Shown in pieces: positions 27,100-32,000 of a stretch of DNA of 32,000 nucleotides. The stretch's first letter is position 1. Every line of letters starts with the position of its first letter. The DNA is from Acinetobacter wanghuae (lineage in GTDB: Bacteria; Pseudomonadota; Gammaproteobacteria; Pseudomonadales; Moraxellaceae). The stretch is from NCBI RefSeq assembly GCF_009557235.1, contig NZ_CP045650.1:2040001-2072000 (forward strand). The letters are read 5' to 3'. The translations under genes and the position numbers were made by a program. The notes under the pieces are model-generated. The model was not told the DNA's origin. It worked only from the letters and a program-made list of their open reading frames with translations, and searched no databases.

Positions 27100-29730
27100 A
27101 TGTTCAAAAAAACCTTCTTTCAAATCCACTGGTTCCTCGGTATCACTGCAGGTTTAATTCTGTCGCTGATGGGTGTCACTGGTGCCATCTATTCATACGA
27201 ACAACAAATTCTAAAATGGATGAATCCAGACAGCTATGTCGTTGAGGTGCAAAATCAAAATAAGCTAAGCCCTGCCGAGCTTTATCAGCATTTCACAAAA
27301 CAAGAACCAGACATCAAAATTAATAGTGTCACAATTGCAGCACTGCCTGAACAAGCCAGCACGGTCAATATTGCCAAAGAAGGTGAACGTCGTGGCTATA
27401 ACATGCTGGTTAACCCCTACACTGCTGAAGTTTTACCTGAAATTAAAGGTAAAAAATTCTTCAAATTTGTGGAGCAACTGCATCGCAATTTAACAGTTGG
27501 TCCTGTCGGCAAGCAGATTACAGGTGCATGTACCTTAATGCTGCTGTTCTTTGTGTTGTCAGGTCTGTACTTACGCTGGCCGAAACGTCACACCATTAAG
27601 CAATGGTTTATGCTTAAGCCAAAGCTAAAAGGTCGTAATTTCATTTGGGATCTGCATGCGGTTGTCGGCACTTGGGTAGCCATTTTCTATTTGATTATCG
27701 CGACCACAGGTTTAACTTGGTCGTATAGCTGGTGGAAAAATGGTTTATACACTGTACTTGGCGTAGAGCCTCCGAAAGCCCAAATGCAGGGTAATCAAGG
27801 CGGCAAAGGTGAAAAATCAGGTCCTGGCGAAAAGTCTGGTCATTCTGAAAAATCGCCTGATAAAGAGCACGCAGGAGCCAAATCTCGTGACGGGCAAAAA
27901 GGTCATGGTGAGGAAAAACTACTGCCTGCACAAGAAATTGATTATGCGTTGAATCAGTCATGGACTGCATTTAATCAAAAATTTGCCACCAACTATTCAT
28001 CAGTAACTTTCAATATTCCCAAAAAACCTGATCATCAAATTGAACTCAGCTTTGTTGATGCCAACATTCAACATGAACGTGCACGTAATAATGCAAAATT
28101 TGATTATCAAACCGCTGAATTCAAAGACGTAAAACTCTACGAAGATAAAAAGCTCAATGAAAAAATCATGAGCAGCTTATTGCCCGTGCATCGCGGTAGC
28201 TTCTTCGGTCCTGTTTATCAATTCTTTGCCATGCTTGCTGCACTTTCAATGCCGCTGTTCTTTGTGACGGGTTGGTTATTGTATTTAAAACGTCGTAAAC
28301 AGAAGAAATTAACATCTGCTGCACGTCAAAATAATGTCGCGGTGACCGTCGATCCAAATGCAAAACCATGGCTGATTGCATATGCATCACAAACAGGTGT
28401 CTCTGAGCAATTGGCTTGGCGCACAGCAACATCACTTCAACAAGCACGACAACCCGTTACGGTTAAAGCAGTACAACACTTAACTATTGATGATTTAAAG
28501 CAATTTGAACAAGTCCTGTTTATTGCAAGTACTTACGGTACAGGTGAAGCACCGGATTTAGCCTCAAGTTTTGCGAAAAAAATATTAACAACTCAAGTAG
28601 ATTTAAGCCATTTAAACTATGCAGTACTTGCTCTGGGTTCTAAAGAATATCCAGACACGTTCTGTAGCTTCGGTCATCGTATTGATCAGTGGCTAAGTCA
28701 AAATTCAGCTCAAGCGATGTTTAATACTATTGAAGTGGACAATGCGAATCCTGAACAGATTCAAGCTTGGAATACTGCTCTAGCACAAGCAACAGAGTTA
28801 GAGCTGAACACCATGCACATTGATAAGACTTTTGATACGTGGACATTGAGTAAACGTGAGCTATTGAATCCGAATAGTTTAGGTGCACCAGCATTTAATA
28901 TTGAGTTTAAAATGCCTGAAGGTGCACATTGGCAAGCTGGTGATATTGCTGAAATTCAACCTGCAAATAGCCGTGAACGAATTCAGGCATTCTTAGCGAA
29001 ATATGAACTGAATCCAAATACACAGGTTTTAGGTCAAAGCATTGAAAACTATGTATGGAATCGAGATCTTACGGTTGATGTGCCTAAAACTGCAATTTTA
29101 GATCAATGGCTTGAACAGTTCCCTGTTCTACCAACACGTGAATATTCGATTGCCAGCGTGCCTGCACAACAAGTTTTGCGTCTAGTGGTACGCCAACAAT
29201 CGGATGAACATGGTCAATTAGGACTCGGTTCAGGCTGGTTAACTAAACATGCCGAGATCAACGCCGAGGTTGCTTTACGTATTCGCACCAATGAATCGTT
29301 CCATTTAATTGCAGATAATCGTCCAATTATTTATATCGGTAATGGTACGGGCATTGCAGGCTTAATGAGTCTATTAAATGCGCGTCATCGTTTAGAATAT
29401 ACTGACAATTGGCTGATCTTTGGTGAACGCCAGCGTGAACATGATTTCTTCTATGAAGAAACATTACAAACGTGGCTGCAAATGGGTACCTTAAAACGTC
29501 TTGATCTTGCCTTCTCACGCGATCAGGCTGAAAAAGTCTATGTGCATCATAAATTGCAAGAAAATGCCGAAGAATTAAAAGCTTGGATCAATCAAGGTGC
29601 CGTGATCTATGTTTGCGGTAGCATCAATGGTATGGCGAGCGATGTTGACCATGCTCTACGTCAAATTCTTGGCGAAGCACATCTTGATCAACTTCGTTTA
29701 GATGGACGTTATCGCCGTGATGTCTATTAA
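27100..29730 (+). CDS. PepSY-associated TM protein fused to flavodoxin plus FAD/NADPH-binding (CysJ-like) reductase; PiuB-like
   Basis: The N-terminal half has four TM helices, each flanked by a His (QIHWFLG, EQLHRNL, WDLHAVVG, LPVHRGSF), as in the PepSY_TM family. The C-terminal half carries a flavodoxin (LIAYASQTGVSEQLA, ASTYGTGEAPD), the FAD motif REYSIAS, the NADPH motif IYIGNGTGIAGL, and the CysJ-like end GRYRRDVY. Confidence 0.88.
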   Translation: MFKKTFFQIHWFLGITAGLILSLMGVTGAIYSYEQQILKWMNPDSYVVEVQNQNKLSPAELYQHFTKQEPDIKINSVTIAALPEQASTVNIAKEGERRGYNMLVNPYTAEVLPEIKGKKFFKFVEQLHRNLTVGPVGKQITGACTLMLLFFVLSGLYLRWPKRHTIKQWFMLKPKLKGRNFIWDLHAVVGTWVAIFYLIIATTGLTWSYSWWKNGLYTVLGVEPPKAQMQGNQGGKGEKSGPGEKSGHSEKSPDKEHAGAKSRDGQKGHGEEKLLPAQEIDYALNQSWTAFNQKFATNYSSVTFNIPKKPDHQIELSFVDANIQHERARNNAKFDYQTAEFKDVKLYEDKKLNEKIMSSLLPVHRGSFFGPVYQFFAMLAALSMPLFFVTGWLLYLKRRKQKKLTSAARQNNVAVTVDPNAKPWLIAYASQTGVSEQLAWRTATSLQQARQPVTVKAVQHLTIDDLKQFEQVLFIASTYGTGEAPDLASSFAKKILTTQVDLSHLNYAVLALGSKEYPDTFCSFGHRIDQWLSQNSAQAMFNTIEVDNANPEQIQAWNTALAQATELELNTMHIDKTFDTWTLSKRELLNPNSLGAPAFNIEFKMPEGAHWQAGDIAEIQPANSRERIQAFLAKYELNPNTQVLGQSIENYVWNRDLTVDVPKTAILDQWLEQFPVLPTREYSIASVPAQQVLRLVVRQQSDEHGQLGLGSGWLTKHAEINAEVALRIRTNESFHLIADNRPIIYIGNGTGIAGLMSLLNARHRLEYTDNWLIFGERQREHDFFYEETLQTWLQMGTLKRLDLAFSRDQAEKVYVHHKLQENAEELKAWINQGAVIYVCGSINGMASDVDHALRQILGEAHLDQLRLDGRYRRDVY
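27808..27861 (+). repeat. Three tandem 18-nt (hexapeptide) repeats inside the PepSY/flavoprotein CDS
   Basis: GGTGAAAAATCAGGTCCT / GGCGAAAAGTCTGGTCAT / TCTGAAAAATCGCCTGAT encode GEKSGP-GEKSGH-SEKSPD. They sit within a longer G/K/E/H-rich low-complexity segment. Confidence 0.8.
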
Positions 29731-29750
29731 TCCATAAAAATCAAAACCTA

Positions 29751-29779
29751 AAAACCGAGCCATCGTGCTCGGTTTTTTT
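29751..29779 (+). terminator. Rho-independent terminator
   Basis: AAAACCGAGC-CATCGT-GCTCGGTTTTTTT, 21 nt after the stop at 29730. Confidence 0.85.
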
Positions 29780-29817
29780 ATTTATAATGATTCTACAAAA
29801 AGGTTCAAGGTTAAAAA

Positions 29818-30600
29818 ATGCTTCATCAGCTTAAAAGAATATTCAGTTTAGTGATTGGCTTTGTCTTAGTGACATACAGCCTATGGCTGATGAGTCTTGA
29901 AAAGATGCATTTCGGTATTTTCGTGACGTTATTTTTCGGTATTTTCCTGAGCCTTTATTTTCTCTTTTTCAAGAGAATTCAGCTTTGGCACAATTCTTCT
30001 ATTTTAAGAAAAAGAATATGGCAAAGCCTTTGGGCAGGTATATGGCTATGGCTGTTTACTGTGGCTGTATTTTTTAGCTACATTCAATTCAATGCCAAAT
30101 TTCAAACTGATCAACAACCACCGCAAGCAATTATTGTCTTAGGTGGTGGTGTTGAACGTGCTGAGCCCACCCCAAGTCTAAGAAAACGTTTAGATGCTGC
30201 TGCATATTATGCAAAAACTTATCCATCAGCCCTTATGATTGTATCGGGTGGCTTAGTTTCAGGAGAAAGTTATAATGAAGCATCTGTCATGCATCGATAT
30301 TTATTACAGCAACATCCAAATTTAAAAAATAAAATTGTGCAGGAAGATCGCAGTACCAGTACTGCATTAAATTTAAGTTATTCAAAAGACATCTTGAATG
30401 CAAATAGTATTTCGCTCACGCAACCTATTGCCATTGTAACCAGCGATTTCCACTTATTACGTGCTCAAGCTATTGCGAAACATCAAGGCTATCAACAGAT
30501 CATCGCTGTCAGTGCAGATACCCCACTATATATTCGCTATCATTCATGGTTACGTGAATATTTTGCTTATATCAGTGGTTGGCTATTGAATGAATATTAA
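29818..30600 (+). CDS. DUF218 (YdcF/ElyC/SanA-like) membrane protein
   Basis: N-terminal TM helices followed by DUF218-type motifs (IIVLGGGV, MIVSGG, IVTSDFHLLRA). AAGG Shine-Dalgarno upstream. Confidence 0.8.
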   Translation: MLHQLKRIFSLVIGFVLVTYSLWLMSLEKMHFGIFVTLFFGIFLSLYFLFFKRIQLWHNSSILRKRIWQSLWAGIWLWLFTVAVFFSYIQFNAKFQTDQQPPQAIIVLGGGVERAEPTPSLRKRLDAAAYYAKTYPSALMIVSGGLVSGESYNEASVMHRYLLQQHPNLKNKIVQEDRSTSTALNLSYSKDILNANSISLTQPIAIVTSDFHLLRAQAIAKHQGYQQIIAVSADTPLYIRYHSWLREYFAYISGWLLNEY

Positions 30601-30613
30601 TCGTTAAAGTACA

Positions 30614-31084
30614 TTAAGAATTCAGGCGAATCTGGCGTGGTAGTGGTATGGCAGCATTTTTAAACAGTTCAGGTTTTTGAACATAAATCTGATAAAGATA
30701 ATTTTTGATATCTAAGAGAAATTTTTCTGGTGCAACCAAGATATTCTGCCCTTCAGGCGTCAAGTCTAAAGACAATGTGGTGTTCTCTTGACGTAAAAAA
30801 GGAATCACTTTTTCTACAAAATCTTTTAAGGTGATTTCCTGAACTTCGTATTTTTCCCAATTATCTTTTATCAGTAACTTTGCAAGCCCCTTACTTTGCC
30901 ACGTTGCAAATGCTTTTTGGCCAGTAGGTGTTGCACAAAGTGCCCATCCATCCTGATATAAGGCATAAATACTGGCTTGAGCCACGATAGTTTCAATAAA
31001 CGATTTGTAGACTTGTAGAGGATCGTAAGCGGAATTTTGAGTTTTAGACGCAGCCTTGCGTTGATATGGATTTCTCATAGCCAT
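30614..31084 (-). CDS. Hypothetical protein, DUF2750-like
   Basis: 156-aa ORF. The segment IYALYQDGWALCATPTGQKAFATWQSKGLA resembles my recollection of DUF2750. The start may be ATG 31084 or 31078. Confidence 0.6.
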   Translation of the reverse strand: MAMRNPYQRKAASKTQNSAYDPLQVYKSFIETIVAQASIYALYQDGWALCATPTGQKAFATWQSKGLAKLLIKDNWEKYEVQEITLKDFVEKVIPFLRQENTTLSLDLTPEGQNILVAPEKFLLDIKNYLYQIYVQKPELFKNAAIPLPRQIRLNS

Positions 31085-31111
31085 GAAATCTTAAAATTAT
31101 TATAGATTTGG

Positions 31112-31140
31112 ATTTTATGGAAAATTGAGAGTTTAAGCAA
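31112..31140 (-). promoter_or_regulatory. Possible sigma70 promoter for the DUF2750-like gene
   Basis: The minus strand reads TTGCTT (31140..31135), a 17-nt spacer, then TAAAAT (31117..31112). It lies between the last tRNA and the CDS. Hand-spotted only. Confidence 0.3.
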
Positions 31141-31150
31141 GAAGAGAATA

Positions 31151-31226
31151 TGGTGGGCGCTGACGGGATCGAACCGCCGACATTCTGCTTGTAAGGCAGA
31201 CGCTCTACCAACTGAGCTAAGCGCCC
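31151..31226 (-). tRNA. tRNA-Val (anticodon TAC)
   Basis: The reverse complement GGGCGCTTAGCTCAGTTGGTAGAGCGTCTGCCTTACAAGCAGAATGTCGGCGGTTCGATCCCGTCAGCGCCCACCA folds as a cloverleaf. Acceptor GGGCGCT/AGCGCCC, anticodon loop CTTACAA, encoded CCA. Confidence 0.95.
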
Positions 31227-31324
31227 TGAGGAATAAAAACAACAGTGTTGCTTTTATGACGCAAGACAAACGAAGTGTGTCGTCTTGGTGTTTTGATCAC
31301 ATCTTTCATCTCAGGAATGAAAAA

Positions 31325-31401
31325 TGGCGCAGCGGACGGGACTCGAACCCGCGACCCCCGGCGTGACAGGCCGGTATTCTAACCAACTGAACTACCGCTG
31401 C
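31325..31401 (-). tRNA. tRNA-Asp (anticodon GTC), variant copy
   Basis: The reverse complement is GCAGCGGTAGTTCAGTTGGTTAGAATACCGGCCTGTCACGCCGGGGGTCGCGGGTTCGAGTCCCGTCCGCTGCGCCA. The anticodon stem is CCGGC/GCCGG, whereas the other copies have TCGGC/GCCGA. Confidence 0.95.
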
Positions 31402-31424
31402 ATCGCATATATCTTTCAAAGATA

Positions 31425-31500
31425 TGGTGGGCGCTGACGGGATCGAACCGCCGACATTCTGCTTGTAAGGCAGACGCTCTACCAACTGAGCTAAGCGCCC
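31425..31500 (-). tRNA. tRNA-Val (anticodon TAC)
   Basis: Identical 76-nt sequence to 31151..31226. Confidence 0.95.
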
Positions 31501-31530
31501 TTAAAGGGTCAAACTGTTTGATTCTTAAGA

Positions 31531-31607
31531 TGGCGCAGCGGACGGGACTCGAACCCGCGACCCTCGGCGTGACAGGCCGATATTCTAACCAACTGAACTA
31601 CCGCTGC
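31531..31607 (-). tRNA. tRNA-Asp (anticodon GTC)
   Basis: 77-nt cloverleaf with anticodon loop CTGTCAC and encoded CCA. Confidence 0.95.
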
Positions 31608-31621
31608 ATCACAAAAAAATC

Positions 31622-31697
31622 TGGTGGGCGCTGACGGGATCGAACCGCCGACATTCTGCTTGTAAGGCAGACGCTCTACCAACTGAGCTAAGCGCCC
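31622..31697 (-). tRNA. tRNA-Val (anticodon TAC)
   Basis: Identical 76-nt sequence to 31151..31226. Confidence 0.95.
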
Positions 31698-31717
31698 TCA
31701 AAAGGTCTATCGTAAAA

Positions 31718-31794
31718 TGGCGCAGCGGACGGGACTCGAACCCGCGACCCTCGGCGTGACAGGCCGATATTCTAACCAACTGAACTACCGCTGC
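31718..31794 (-). tRNA. tRNA-Asp (anticodon GTC)
   Basis: Identical to 31531..31607. Confidence 0.95.
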
Positions 31795-31843
31795 AATTTC
31801 ACAATGTCGCTATTGTGGCAAACGAATGATCAAGATTTTAAAA

Positions 31844-31920
31844 TGGCGCAGCGGACGGGACTCGAACCCGCGACCCTCGGCGTGACAGGCCGATATTCTA
31901 ACCAACTGAACTACCGCTGC
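31844..31920 (-). tRNA. tRNA-Asp (anticodon GTC)
   Basis: Identical to 31531..31607. Confidence 0.95.
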
Positions 31921-31949
31921 ACTATAAAATCTCAAAAATGAAAGAAACT

Positions 31950-32000
31950 TGGTGGGCGCTGACGGGATCGAACCGCCGACATTCTGCTTGTAAGGCAGAC
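31950..32000 (-). tRNA. tRNA-Val (anticodon TAC), 5' part cut by window end
   Basis: The first 51 nt (the 3' two-thirds of the tRNA, including the anticodon arm) are identical to the other Val copies. The gene would end near 32025. Confidence 0.85.

Noticed and set aside
31075-31269. 64-aa minus-strand ORF in the track, and the similar 74-aa plus-strand ORF at 31717..31941
   Set aside because: Both are read straight through tRNA-Val and tRNA-Asp genes. The repeated peptide MAQRTGLEPATLGVTGRYSNQLNYRC is simply the tRNA-Asp sequence translated. They are not genes.
31151-32000. The periodic identical repeats separated by short unique spacers look superficially like a CRISPR array
   Set aside because: The repeats are 76-77 nt, fold as canonical cloverleaves with anticodons TAC and GTC, and carry encoded CCA ends. 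This is a tRNA array, not CRISPR.
1-32000. I looked for mobile-element hallmarks near the tRNA array and elsewhere: integrase or transposase ORFs, terminal inverted repeats, and direct repeats duplicating a tRNA 3' end
   Set aside because: No such ORFs or repeats were found. The partial tRNA at the right edge is cut by the window, not by an insertion.

Overview
This window looks like ordinary chromosome from an Acinetobacter-like gammaproteobacterium. That call rests on AT-rich sequence and AdeJ/AdeK-type RND efflux genes at the left edge, recognised from remembered protein similarity, not from a search. I can support about 30 protein-coding genes. They are the 3' ~95% of adeJ plus adeK; a translationally coupled pair of YbjQ (UPF0145) paralogs; a stand-alone peptide deformylase; and six transporters (MHS-type MFS, a TetR-controlled MFS, a Bcr/CflA MFS, an AGCS alanine/glycine symporter, GltS, and a YccS/FUSC-type protein). 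Also present are an FKBP PPIase, YaeQ, a COG0523 GTPase, a YciA-like thioesterase, a lipoprotein patatin-like phospholipase, a nitroreductase, a GNAT, DUF218-like and DUF2750-like proteins, a PepSY-TM::flavodoxin::FNR fusion reductase, and several orphan hypotheticals. The right edge is an alternating tRNA-Val(TAC)/tRNA-Asp(GTC) array of 8 genes on the minus strand, the last cut by the window end. Several clean rho-independent terminators and one perfect 18-bp TetR-type operator palindrome are visible. I saw no transposase, integrase, CRISPR array, rRNA, or recognisable defence or toxin-antitoxin module. I cannot honestly point to a clear novel multi-gene system. The best candidates for a second look are: (1) the self-sufficient PepSY-TM/flavoprotein reductase behind a Fur-box-like site; (2) the soluble plus membrane-anchored YbjQ pair next to adeIJK; (3) an orphan two-gene operon at 8877-9671; (4) an 850-bp ORF-free AT-rich gap at 21171-22020; (5) a decayed GGDEF-domain remnant at 10502-10860; and (6) the tRNA array with a compensatory anticodon-stem variant. 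All functional calls are hand motif recognition and need HMM or BLAST confirmation.
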